From an uncultured Eubacteriales bacterium (GTDB taxonomy: Bacteria; Acidobacteriota; Aminicenantia; Aminicenantales; Aminicenantaceae), in NCBI GenBank assembly GCA_964347035.1, contig CAYFXE010000003.1, positions 17,570-81,569 of the forward strand: 64,000 nt of DNA, written 5' to 3'. The translations under genes and the position numbers were made by a program. Positions 8,880 through 17,226 of the stretch are shown piece after piece. The notes under the pieces were generated by a model. The model searched no databases. It was not told the DNA's origin and worked only from the letters and a program-made list of their open reading frames with translations. Numbering within the stretch: the first letter of the stretch is position 1; each line of letters opens with the position of its first letter.

Positions 8880-10093
8880 TCCGTTTCTTGTCTCTTTTCT
8901 TCCTTGATTAGGGTGTCGTCTTTCAATTGACGGAGAGAATCATACGGACCGACCACGATCTCTTTTCCTTCTTCGAGCCCTTCGAGAATCTCAATCAGCA
9001 TCTCCCCCATAATTCCTTTCTTCACAGGCTGAAATTTCACCCGGCTCATTTCGACAACATACACACCCTCTTCCTGTTCTTCTTTCTTATCTTCTTCCTT
9101 TTCTCGCAGGACTAAAGCAGATATGGGGACAGCCAGGACATCATTTTTCTTCGCGGTGATGATGTCGGCCGAAGCTGACAGCCCAGGCTTTAAGGCTTGA
9201 GGAGGATCTTCCAGAGTTACGACAACCTTGAAATCCTTTGATTCTTCCGCAGCCGTCAACTTCTGGAGGGCCGAACTGCCTACCTCAGTCACCTTGCCGT
9301 TTATGGTTTGATCAGGGAAGGCATCGATCCTGATCTCTGCGTTCTGGCCTATATTGACATTGACAACATCTGTTTCATCGACCTCGACCTCGACTTCCAT
9401 AACAGAAAGGTCGGCAATCGTCATCAGAACAGTGCCGGGGTTATTCATCGTCCCGATCATGGCCACCTCGCCTTCTTCCACCCGGAGGCTGGTTATGATG
9501 CCGTCAATTGGAGAATTGTAGATGGTTTTGCTCAGATTATCCAAGGTGCTCTGAAGAGATGCTTCGGCTTGCTTGATTTGAAAACGGATGGCTTCATGGG
9601 CGGCAAAGGAAATGTCGTACTGTGCCTTGGCCGCTTCTAACTGCTCACCAGAGATGAGTTGTTCGTCAAATAGTTTCTTCTGCCTGTAATAAAAACTTTC
9701 ATCTTTCTTCAACCTTGCTTCAGCTTTGATGAGCTCGGCGTTGTAGGAACTGATAAGAGCCCTATCTCTGTCAGCGTTCGCTTCGTACTGGGTCGAGTCG
9801 AGTTTAAGCAGAAAATCGCCGGTTTCCACCCTCTGACCCTCTTCGACTCCGATTTTGACGATTCGGCCGGGCACGTTGGCGCTGATGTTCACGTTTTTTT
9901 TGGGTTTGACCTCACCTGAGGCAGAGACGATGGATGTTAAATCGTGTGTCTCGACTTTCTCAATGGTCACCTTTATGGATTTTTCTCTTCGGGATTGGAG
10001 GTTGAAGAGGATGATAATTCCGATCAAAATGATCACTGCAAAAACGATGATCAGTTTTTTTCTTCTACGGAAGAAGCCTTGTTTTTCGTTCAT
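8876..10093 (-). CDS. Periplasmic adaptor (HlyD/MacA-type membrane fusion protein)
   Basis: N-terminal TM anchor, lipoyl-like and coiled-coil segments, and a beta-barrel C-terminus. It overlaps the ATPase start by 4 nt. Confidence 0.8.
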   Translation of the reverse strand: MNEKQGFFRRRKKLIIVFAVIILIGIIILFNLQSRREKSIKVTIEKVETHDLTSIVSASGEVKPKKNVNISANVPGRIVKIGVEEGQRVETGDFLLKLDSTQYEANADRDRALISSYNAELIKAEARLKKDESFYYRQKKLFDEQLISGEQLEAAKAQYDISFAAHEAIRFQIKQAEASLQSTLDNLSKTIYNSPIDGIITSLRVEEGEVAMIGTMNNPGTVLMTIADLSVMEVEVEVDETDVVNVNIGQNAEIRIDAFPDQTINGKVTEVGSSALQKLTAAEESKDFKVVVTLEDPPQALKPGLSASADIITAKKNDVLAVPISALVLREKEEDKKEEQEEGVYVVEMSRVKFQPVKKGIMGEMLIEILEGLEEGKEIVVGPYDSLRQLKDDTLIKEEKRQETE

Positions 10094-10366
10094 TTTGTTT
10101 CTTTCCTAAGCTAGTTTCAATATCATATTATACTACGTTTCAAAAGGCAAAAGGTTTGAAGGTAAGGTTTGATGGTAAGCATTTTAATCCTTGATAAATA
10201 ACTGGGAACATATCTTTGGGATGGCTTCGCTCTCCTTCAGGTTTTTGACACTGTTTTTCCTCCAGGTTGACTTCCGAAGGCTGGGGTGGATAGGGTCGGT
10301 GCCTTCAATGGTCGCTTCATCCATCCCCAAATATCTTTTCTATCATGGAGAAAAGACACTACCTAT

Positions 10367-10395
10367 TTGAAAGAGATACAGAGAGTTGGTAATAT
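10367..10395 (+). promoter_or_regulatory. Putative sigma70 promoter of suhB (TTGAAA-17-TAATAT)
   Basis: -35 box at 10367-10372 and -10 box at 10390-10395 with a 17-nt spacer. The -10 ends only 3 nt before the GTG at 10399 and 9 nt before the ATG at 10405. This implies a near-leaderless transcript and possibly the ATG as the true start. Confidence 0.35.
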
Positions 10396-10398
10396 GAA

Positions 10399-11208
10399 GT
10401 GACCATGGATACAGAGCAATATATAAAAGAAGCCAGCTTTATCGCTCGAAAAGCTGGAAAAATGCTGAAGAGTAACATTGACTCCTCCACTGAAATTCAT
10501 TTCAAAGGGGTTGTCGATCTCGTGACGGATTTTGATAATCAAGCCCAGAGGATGATTTTCGAGCATCTATCTGCCTGCTTTCCGGACCATGATTTCATGG
10601 GAGAAGAAGGGTTGATGCAGGATAAAGGCCGCGAGTTCCGTTGGATCGTTGATCCTCTTGATGGAACGACCAATTATGCCCATGGATTTCCGATTTTTTG
10701 TATCTCTATTGCTTTAGAGCAGGAAGGTAGAGTCGTTCTTGGGGTGATCTATGATCCTATGAGAGAAGAGATGTTTTCAGCCGTGGAAGGAGGAGGGGCT
10801 TGGCTCGGCGGAAAAGAGATTCGCGTTTCTGCAGTCGATGAATTAGACAAGAGCCTATTAGCTACCGGATTTCCGTATGATATCCGGGAAAGCAAGGTGA
10901 ACAATATCGATCATTTCAATCATTTTCTCGTCCGGGTCCAGGCCATACGCCGCTGTGGCTCAGCCGCGATGGACTTATGTTACGTGGCCTGTGGTCGGTT
11001 CGACGGGTTTTGGGAATTGAAGCTTCATCCTTGGGATGTGGCGGCTGGAGCCTTGATCGTCAAAGAAGCTGGAGGACGGATCACGGATTTTAGTAATCAA
11101 GAATTCAGTATTTTTGGATCAGAAATTTTGGCCACAAACGGGTCGATCCATGACCAGATGGTTGAGGTATTGCGCCTGGGTAAAAAAAGCTCAGGCTCGT
11201 GGATTTAA
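10399..11208 (+). CDS. suhB: Inositol monophosphatase family protein
   Basis: IMPase motifs WIVDPLDGTTNY and GSAAMDLCYVACGRFDGFWE. Confidence 0.85.
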   Translation: MTMDTEQYIKEASFIARKAGKMLKSNIDSSTEIHFKGVVDLVTDFDNQAQRMIFEHLSACFPDHDFMGEEGLMQDKGREFRWIVDPLDGTTNYAHGFPIFCISIALEQEGRVVLGVIYDPMREEMFSAVEGGGAWLGGKEIRVSAVDELDKSLLATGFPYDIRESKVNNIDHFNHFLVRVQAIRRCGSAAMDLCYVACGRFDGFWELKLHPWDVAAGALIVKEAGGRITDFSNQEFSIFGSEILATNGSIHDQMVEVLRLGKKSSGSWI

Positions 11209-11229
11209 AAAACACAAAAAGAAAACATT

Positions 11230-11802
11230 ATGTTCTGTCATCTAAAAAAAGATTCTTCTGAGCCCAAAGATCGTTGGTGGCATGATGTTTGTCTTGGGGG
11301 GCCTTTACTCCTCCTCACCCTCCTCCTCGTAGTCATATTTTCCTCTTTCCAGGGACAGGAAGGAATAGATAAGGAAGCTGAGGGGGGAGTCCGTCAACTC
11401 ATCGTTGCCGCAAATCAGAGTTGGACCGATACAGGAATTGATGTCGCTGAAGATCTGACCATTTATTTTGAGGCCACAGGTGTCATCTCCCTCCAGAAGG
11501 GAAACCCCATGGCCTATTGTGGGCCCGACGGACTCAGCCTCAGGACTGTCCAACAGCCATTTCCGGATAAGAATATAGGCGCCCTCATCGGCAAGGTGGT
11601 CTTTCTTATCTCAGTAGAGATCGATGAGGAAACCGGGGAAGAAACGCGCAACGAGATAGTTAAGGAGTTCTACATTGGGGAAGAGAATCGAGTCAAAATG
11701 CCTATCAGCGGCCGTCTCTTCTTGGGAATAAACGAGAACGTCGTCGGAGATAACTCCGGGGAATTCAAAGTCTTGCTGCAATTTGGGGTCAGACCTTCCT
11801 AA
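11230..11802 (+). CDS. Membrane-anchored protein with PA-IL (LecA)-like lectin-fold domain
   Basis: N-terminal TM segment (GGPLLLLTLLLVVIFSSF). The pattern W-DTG...A-G...CGPDG...GALIGKV...GRLFLGINENVVGDNSGEFKV resembles PA-IL-like domains. The last five codons and the stop lie inside the left arm of the 31-bp inverted repeat. Confidence 0.45.
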   Translation: MFCHLKKDSSEPKDRWWHDVCLGGPLLLLTLLLVVIFSSFQGQEGIDKEAEGGVRQLIVAANQSWTDTGIDVAEDLTIYFEATGVISLQKGNPMAYCGPDGLSLRTVQQPFPDKNIGALIGKVVFLISVEIDEETGEETRNEIVKEFYIGEENRVKMPISGRLFLGINENVVGDNSGEFKVLLQFGVRPS

Positions 11803-11881
11803 TTTTCATAATGTCCTTCATCGATTATGCGAAGGCATATATCCATAGCTCATTATGAAAATTAGGAAGGTCTGACCCCAA
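11783..11881. terminator. 31-bp perfect inverted repeat between convergent genes (likely bidirectional terminator or palindromic element)
   Basis: Left arm 11783-11813 is TTGGGGTCAGACCTTCCTAATTTTCATAATG. Its exact reverse complement lies at 11851-11881, leaving a 37-nt loop that contains an inner CCTTC/GAAGG stem. The left arm covers the stop of 11230..11802, and the right arm ends 1 nt before the accC stop. Confidence 0.6.
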
Positions 11882-13216
11882 TTAGCTCAGGAAGTCGGTC
11901 ATAAAGTGGATATTGTAGGCACCTTTCCTGAAATTCGAGTTGGAGAGGATATCGATATGGAGAGGGATGTTTGTTTTTATACCGACGACAGTCGTCATCT
12001 CCAGGGCCGCCAGCATTTTCTCGATGGCTTCTTCTCTTCGTGGAGCAATAGCAATGATTTTGGCCACGAGAGAATCGTATTCGGGGGGGATTTCCCAGCC
12101 ACTGTAGGCGGCTGAATCGACTCTGATACCTTGACCAGCAGGCAGGACGAGAAAATCGATCTTCCCTGGAGACGGGATGAATGTTTGTGCGTCCTCTGCG
12201 TTTATCCGGCATTCGAGACTGTGGCCCCTGAACTTTAAATCACTTGGAACGGAAAGCTTTTCTCCCGCAGCAATTTTTATCTGTTCTTTTATGAGGTCGA
12301 TACCGTAGGCCATTTCCGTAATCGGATGTTCGACTTGCACCCTGGTGTTGGCTTCCATGAAATAGTATTTTTTTCTCTCATCGACTAAAAACTCGAATGT
12401 TCCCAAGCTCTGATACCTCACAGAATGAGCCGCCTCCTGAACTGCTTTCATGATCTTTTTTCTTAACTTTTCATCGATATAGGGAGAAGGCGTCTCTTCG
12501 ATTAGCTTTTGGTATTTTCTTTGGATGGAGCATTCTCTTTCACCCAAAGCCAAAACATGTCCTTTCTTATCTCCAACAACTTGAACTTCGATATGACGGG
12601 CCTGGGGAAGGTATTTTTCCATATAAAGGGATGGATCACCGAAGGAAGCCTTGGCTTCGTTTTGTGCGATGGGATACTGCTCTTCCATTTGAACTGAGGA
12701 GCGCACCACCCGCATCCCTTTTCCCCCGCCCCCTGATGAAGCTTTCAGGATGATAGGATAGCCGATTTTTTTAGCTATCTTCTTGGCTTCAGTAAGATCA
12801 TCGATAAGCTCATCGCTTCCTGGAATGACTGGCAATCCCACCTTTCTCATTTCTTGCCTGGCTTTATTTTTATTCCCCATGAGTCTGATCAAAGGAGCGG
12901 GAGGCCCGATGAACGTCATTCCTGAGGTTTCACAAATCTCGGCGAAACGGGCATTCTCTGCTAAAAATCCATACCCAGGATGAACAGCGTCGGCCTTAGT
13001 GATTTCAGCCACACTCATGAGGTTAGGGATGTTGAGATAGCTTTCGGAGGCCTTGGCCGGGCCGATACAGACCTTCTCATCAGCAAACATCGTGTGGAGT
13101 GCATTTTTATCTGCTTCTGAGTAGACCGCGACGGTTTTATACCCGAGTTCCTTGGCGGATCGAATGATGCGCAGTGCGATTTCACCGCGATTAGCAACAA
13201 GAATTTTTGAAAACAT
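11882..13216 (-). CDS. accC: Acetyl-CoA carboxylase, biotin carboxylase subunit
   Basis: Full-length ATP-grasp biotin carboxylase (KILVANRGEIALRIIR, GGGGKGMR, EMNTR-like EANTRVQVEHPITE). Confidence 0.95.
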   Translation of the reverse strand: MFSKILVANRGEIALRIIRSAKELGYKTVAVYSEADKNALHTMFADEKVCIGPAKASESYLNIPNLMSVAEITKADAVHPGYGFLAENARFAEICETSGMTFIGPPAPLIRLMGNKNKARQEMRKVGLPVIPGSDELIDDLTEAKKIAKKIGYPIILKASSGGGGKGMRVVRSSVQMEEQYPIAQNEAKASFGDPSLYMEKYLPQARHIEVQVVGDKKGHVLALGERECSIQRKYQKLIEETPSPYIDEKLRKKIMKAVQEAAHSVRYQSLGTFEFLVDERKKYYFMEANTRVQVEHPITEMAYGIDLIKEQIKIAAGEKLSVPSDLKFRGHSLECRINAEDAQTFIPSPGKIDFLVLPAGQGIRVDSAAYSGWEIPPEYDSLVAKIIAIAPRREEAIEKMLAALEMTTVVGIKTNIPLHIDILSNSNFRKGAYNIHFMTDFLS

Positions 13217-13222
13217 GGATGG

Positions 13223-13681
13223 TTATGAGGGCTTTTGGATAGAAAATAATTTTTGTCCGTATTCGACGGGTTTCCCGTTTTCGACAAAGATCTCTTTGAG
13301 GACACCGTCCACGTCAGACTCGATTTCATTCATCAATTTCATGGCCTCGATGATACAGAGAGTCTGGTTCTTCTTCACTGTTTCACCAATGTCGACAAAA
13401 GGGAGCGAGTTCGGATCTGGGGCACGGTAGAACGTTCCAACCATCGGCGATTTGACGTAATGAAGATGATCTTCGTGCTCTTGAAGGTTCGTCTCTGATG
13501 GTTGAGGATTGGTGTCATCCTCACCGTGTTCTGATCTGGGCTCAGGAGATAGTTGAGGTTGATTTCGACTGATCCTGATCTTAAATCCTTCTGCTTCGAG
13601 TTCAAAATGCGATAGATTCCTCTCTTCGAGCAGATCGATGAGCTTGATAATTTCTTTGTAATTGATCTTGTCGCTTTTCAT
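13223..13681 (-). CDS. accB: Acetyl-CoA carboxylase, biotin carboxyl carrier protein
   Basis: Biotinyl-lysine motif EAMKLMNEIE, located immediately upstream of accC. Confidence 0.9.
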   Translation of the reverse strand: MKSDKINYKEIIKLIDLLEERNLSHFELEAEGFKIRISRNQPQLSPEPRSEHGEDDTNPQPSETNLQEHEDHLHYVKSPMVGTFYRAPDPNSLPFVDIGETVKKNQTLCIIEAMKLMNEIESDVDGVLKEIFVENGKPVEYGQKLFSIQKPS

Positions 13682-13707
13682 TTTCTCTCTCTTAAAAAAT
13701 TAGGTAT

Positions 13708-13736
13708 ACATTAATCGCAATCAGGGAAAATGTCAA
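13708..13736 (-). promoter_or_regulatory. Putative sigma70 promoter of accBC (TTGACA-17-TAATGT on minus strand)
   Basis: The plus strand shows TGTCAA at 13731-13736 and ACATTA at 13708-13713, 17 nt apart, upstream of the accB start at 13681. Confidence 0.4.
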
Positions 13737-13842
13737 GGGTTTCAGACCTTGATTAGACACGCAACTTTTTTTATTTTAATGACTTAACTCTTATTTTCAC
13801 AAATTGTAAAACCGACAAAAATCCAACATTGATTAACGGCAA

Positions 13843-13871
13843 TTGACTTCACCTCAAGGTTCGCTTAACAT
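13843..13871 (+). promoter_or_regulatory. Putative sigma70 promoter of ffh (TTGACT-17-TAACAT)
   Basis: -35 box at 13843-13848 and -10 box at 13866-13871. A GAGGA Shine-Dalgarno sequence precedes the ATG at 13903. Confidence 0.4.
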
Positions 13872-13902
13872 ATTTTCTATCCAGGAATGATCGAGGAATA
13901 AC

Positions 13903-15234
13903 ATGTTTGACCAGTTATCCAACAGACTGCAGAAAGCTCTGAAATTCCTTCGAGGAGAAGGGAAAATCACGGAGAAGAATATGGCCGAGGCCCTAAGGAT
14001 GATTCGTCTGGCCTTCCTCGAAGCTGATGTGAATTACAAGGTGGTTAAAGATTTTATCGAGAGGATTAAGATCAAGGCACTGGACGAAAAAGTTATGCTC
14101 AGTCTCACGCCTGCTCAACAGGTGATCAAGATCGTCAGGGACGAATTAACCGCCATCTTGGGAGAGGAGGAACGAAAGCTAATCTTTTCCAGTCCCCCTC
14201 CTTCCATCTTCATGGTGGTCGGCCTTCAAGGGTCGGGAAAAACGACCACCTGTGGGAAACTGGCCAAATGGGTCTTGCAGATAGGTAAAAAACCTTTGCT
14301 TGTGTCCTTTGACCTGAAGAGGCCGGCAGCTCAGGAGCAGTTGAAGATGATTACCCAGCAGCTCAAACTTCCTTTTTATGAGATGGACGAAGAACAGATG
14401 TCTCATCCCCAGAAGGCACTCAAAGAGCTTCGCAAAGATACGAAGAACCGAGGATTCGACTCTCTCATCGTGGATACAGCTGGAAGGCTTCATATCGATC
14501 AGGAACTCATGGATGAACTTCGTCTTGTCAAGGATATTCTTCGTCCTACGGAAACAATCTATATTGGTGATTCCATGACCGGCCAAGATGCAGTGAAAAG
14601 CGCCCAGATCTTTGAAGAAAAAATCGGTCTGACATCCGTGATTCTGACCAAACTCGACGGTGATGCCCGTGGAGGGGCAGCCTTGTCGATAGTCTCTGTG
14701 ACTCAGAAGCCGATAAAGTTTGTTGGGACTGGAGAAAAATTCGATAAGTTCGAGGTTTTTCATCCCGATCGAATGGCCTCCCGTATCATCGGTATGGGAG
14801 ATATCTTAAGCTTGGTCGAGAAAGCAGAAAAAGAGACTGATTTAGAGGAGGCGGAAGAGTTGGCGCGAAGATTGCAGAAACAGGAGTTTTCGCTCGAAGA
14901 TTTTAAGAAGCAGATCGTTCAAATGAAGAAGATGGGCTCTCTCTCGCAGATCATGAGCCTTTTGCCAGCCGGTGGGCCTTTCAAGAATATCTCTAAGATC
15001 AATATCGATGATAAGAAGATTCTTCATTATGAGGCCATCATCAATTCCATGACCCCTGAAGAGAGAGAAAGGCCCAAGATGATCAACGGAAGTCGGCGGA
15101 GACGGATTGCAGCAGGAAGCGGACGGCCGGTCTCGGAAGTCAATCAGTTACTCAAACAGTTTTTGGAGATGAAGAAAATGATGAAAAAATCTCAGTTCCA
15201 AAGACTTCTTTCTTCCTTTCCTATGAATCGTTGA
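13903..15234 (+). CDS. ffh: Signal recognition particle protein
   Basis: SRP54-type GTPase motifs (GLQGSGKTTTCGKLA, DTAGRL, TKLDGDARGG) and a methionine-rich M domain. Confidence 0.95.
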   Translation: MFDQLSNRLQKALKFLRGEGKITEKNMAEALRMIRLAFLEADVNYKVVKDFIERIKIKALDEKVMLSLTPAQQVIKIVRDELTAILGEEERKLIFSSPPPSIFMVVGLQGSGKTTTCGKLAKWVLQIGKKPLLVSFDLKRPAAQEQLKMITQQLKLPFYEMDEEQMSHPQKALKELRKDTKNRGFDSLIVDTAGRLHIDQELMDELRLVKDILRPTETIYIGDSMTGQDAVKSAQIFEEKIGLTSVILTKLDGDARGGAALSIVSVTQKPIKFVGTGEKFDKFEVFHPDRMASRIIGMGDILSLVEKAEKETDLEEAEELARRLQKQEFSLEDFKKQIVQMKKMGSLSQIMSLLPAGGPFKNISKINIDDKKILHYEAIINSMTPEERERPKMINGSRRRRIAAGSGRPVSEVNQLLKQFLEMKKMMKKSQFQRLLSSFPMNR

Positions 15235-15272
15235 ATTATCTATACTGTCCCTCCATTCACAAAGCATTCGTG

Positions 15273-15400
15273 TCCAAGAAAAAGGGTGATACTTTGGAGA
15301 ACTTCCCCAATTCTGAAGGAAGAGAAGGCGGGGAGCCCGGACGAAATTCGGACGACCGTTAGAAGGGGGAATGCGTAGCGCTCCCCCTGTTACTCCAAGG
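15273..15400 (+). repeat. Copy A of a conserved GC-rich structured intergenic element (core CGACCGTTAGAAGGGGG at 15353-15369)
   Basis: By manual count, 15318-15380 aligns ungapped to 52037-52099 with 53/63 identities. A P1 hairpin forms from TCCAA (15273-15277) and TTGGA (15294-15298). A 3' hairpin has the form GGGGGA-at-GCG-tag-CGC-TCCCCC. The element abuts the rpsP -35 box. Confidence 0.6.
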
Positions 15401-15429
15401 TTGACTTATAGTCGGAATTCGGATATTAT
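15401..15429 (+). promoter_or_regulatory. Putative sigma70 promoter of the rpsP operon (TTGACT-17-TATTAT)
   Basis: -35 box at 15401-15406 and -10 box at 15424-15429 with a 17-nt spacer, 29 nt upstream of the rpsP ATG. Confidence 0.45.
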
Positions 15430-15457
15430 CTTTTTTCATCAAATAAAACGGAAAAAA

Positions 15458-15721
15458 ATGATTTCACTTCGATTGATGCGACTCGGAGCAAAGAAGAGAC
15501 CATTCTACAGAATCGTCGCTATTGATTCTCGAAAACCAAGGGAGAGCAAAGCCAAGGACATCATCGGCTATTATGACCCTTTGAAGGAGCCTCCGGAGAT
15601 TCAGCTCGATCTGGAGAAAGCGAAATTTTGGATTGAGAGAGGAGCGCATGCCTCAAAAACAGTTCAATCTCTTTTACATAAAGTTTCCAAGCTAGAGAAA
15701 CTTACCAATCAACATTCTTAA
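15458..15721 (+). CDS. rpsP: 30S ribosomal protein S16
   Basis: MISLRLMRLGAKKRPFYRIVAIDSR matches the S16 N-terminus. The ORF-track start at 15371 adds 29 non-homologous residues that run across the repeat and promoter. Confidence 0.9.
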   Translation: MISLRLMRLGAKKRPFYRIVAIDSRKPRESKAKDIIGYYDPLKEPPEIQLDLEKAKFWIERGAHASKTVQSLLHKVSKLEKLTNQHS

Positions 15722-15738
15722 ACTAAAAGGAGGTTACA

Positions 15739-15975
15739 GTGAAAGAACTTGTAGAATTGATCGCTAAATCATTAGTTGACAACCCGGAAAAGGTCCAGGT
15801 CTCCCAATTGGAAGGGGAGCAAACCACGATCTTAGAACTCAAGGTCGCTCCGGAAGATTTAGGTAAGGTCATCGGAAAGCAGGGAAGGACGGCCCGAGCC
15901 ATCAGGATTATTCTCGGTGCCGCCGGGATGAAGCTGAAAAGGAGATTTAACCTCGAAATCATCGAAAAAGGATAG
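15739..15975 (+). CDS. KH-domain RNA-binding protein (YlqC/UPF0109 family)
   Basis: [21 protein letters not shown] motif. The position between rpsP and rimM is the conserved one for this family. Confidence 0.8.
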   Translation: MKELVELIAKSLVDNPEKVQVSQLEGEQTTILELKVAPEDLGKVIGKQGRTARAIRIILGAAGMKLKRRFNLEIIEKG

Positions 15976-15976
15976 C

Positions 15977-16484
15977 TTGGTTAGCATAGGGAGGATTTTA
16001 AGAAGTCAAGGAAGAAAGGGAGAATTAAGGCTCAAGCTTTGCCTGGAGCCTTCGTTCATTCCTTTTTTTTTCTAGGGTCTATCTCCAGAAAAAAGGGATT
16101 CTAAGAGACTATAAGATCGAATCCGTCCGTCCGTATAAGGATAGCTTCATCATCAAATTCAGGGAGATTGAGTCTTTATCAGAAGCCCGGGAGATAGTCG
16201 GAGAAGAGGTCTTTCTTCCTGAAGAGGAATTACAGACCCTTGAGAACGGGTGTTATTACCTCTACCAGCTCATCGGTTGCTCTGTGACCACCAAGAGTGG
16301 AGATAGAATCGGGATTGTCGAAAATATTTTATCGATTTCCGAGTCCGAACTTCTTATCGTTCGAAGTCGCAGGAAGGATATATTAATTCCATTAGTCAGT
16401 GAGATCTGCATCCGGATGAACATCGACAAAAGGGAGATCATCATCGACCCACCCGAGGGCCTTTTAGACTTGAATGAGATTTGA
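15977..16484 (+). pseudogene. rimM: 16S rRNA processing protein RimM, interrupted by a +1-nt frameshift in a T9 run
   Basis: The N-terminal part (TTG 15977, LVSIGRILRSQGRKGELRLKL...) stops at TAG 16073-16075. The remainder (SRVYLQKKG...ENGCYYLYQLIGCSV...[10 protein letters not shown]) continues in another frame to 16484. Removing one T from the run at 16063-16071 gives a continuous RimM. Confidence 0.7.
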
Positions 16485-17226
16485 TATAATCACAATCTTT
16501 CCCGAGATGTTCGGGTGCGTTCTCTCGGCGGGAGTCCTCAAGAGAGGCCTGGAGCGGGGCCTACTTGAGATTCGCATTCACAATTTGAGAGACTTCACCG
16601 AGGATAAGCACAGGCAGGTGGATGATCGCCCCTATGGAGGGGAGCAGGGAATGGTTCTCAAACCAGAGCCAATCTTTACCGCTGTAGAGGCTGTTCGAAA
16701 GAATAAAGGAGTGCCTGTTTATCTGCTTTCCCCACAGGGTAAGACATTCGACTCCCGCTTTGCAGAAGAGCTGTCTCATAGATCGCAGATCATCATCATC
16801 TGCGGTCGGTATGAAGGAGTAGATGAAAGAGTGATCGAACATCTTGTGACCGATGAAATCTCTATCGGAGATTATGTGCTTTCTGGAGGAGAAGTGGCTG
16901 CTTTGGTTATCGTCGAGTCTGTCTCACGGTTTATTCCTGGGGTTGTAGGTAAAATAGAATCGGTCAAGCAGGACTCTTTTTCTGGCGGGCTGTTTGACTA
17001 TCCCCAATACACCCGACCCCGAACCTTCAGAGGGATGAAGGTACCTGATGTCCTTTTTTCAGGAGACCACGAGGCGATAAAATACTGGAGGCGGAAAAAA
17101 TCTTTAGAGAAGACATGGAGCCTCCGGCCTGAGATGCTCAGGACGTCTGAGCTTTCTCCAGAGGATGCAAAGATATTGGAAGGAATCAAATCTGAAAAGA
17201 GGGGGAAGAAAGATGAGCCTGATTGA
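16474..17226 (+). CDS. trmD: tRNA (guanine37-N1)-methyltransferase
   Basis: [13 protein letters not shown] start and the [13 protein letters not shown] and [11 protein letters not shown] motifs. Confidence 0.95.
   Translation: MRFDIITIFPEMFGCVLSAGVLKRGLERGLLEIRIHNLRDFTEDKHRQVDDRPYGGEQGMVLKPEPIFTAVEAVRKNKGVPVYLLSPQGKTFDSRFAEELSHRSQIIIICGRYEGVDERVIEHLVTDEISIGDYVLSGGEVAALVIVESVSRFIPGVVGKIESVKQDSFSGGLFDYPQYTRPRTFRGMKVPDVLFSGDHEAIKYWRRKKSLEKTWSLRPEMLRTSELSPEDAKILEGIKSEKRGKKDEPD

Noticed and set aside
10245-10320. Possible partial fourth copy of the structured element. CCTCCAGGTTGACTT resembles the ...CTCCARGGTTGAMT 3' boundary, and the reverse complement of 10296-10313 (GCGACCATTGAAGGCACC) loosely resembles the core.
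   Set aside because: The two resemblances lie on opposite strands, are short, and lack the intervening hairpins. This could be chance, so it is reported here only as a lead.
11862-12212. Antisense ORF inside accC whose C-terminus (IGVRPS) duplicates that of the 11230..11802 protein.
   Set aside because: The shared peptide is a mechanical consequence of the 31-bp inverted repeat. The ORF lies fully antisense to a strongly conserved accC.
15371-15457. N-terminal extensions offered by the ORF track for rpsP (15371), nuoE-like (52030), M50 protease (45676), M29 peptidase (31071), hflX (5404), rplS (17165), the OMP gene (29138) and the M1 peptidase (53767).
   Set aside because: In each case the extension lacks family homology and crosses promoters, repeats or the upstream gene. 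An internal ATG with a better context reproduces the canonical N-terminus.
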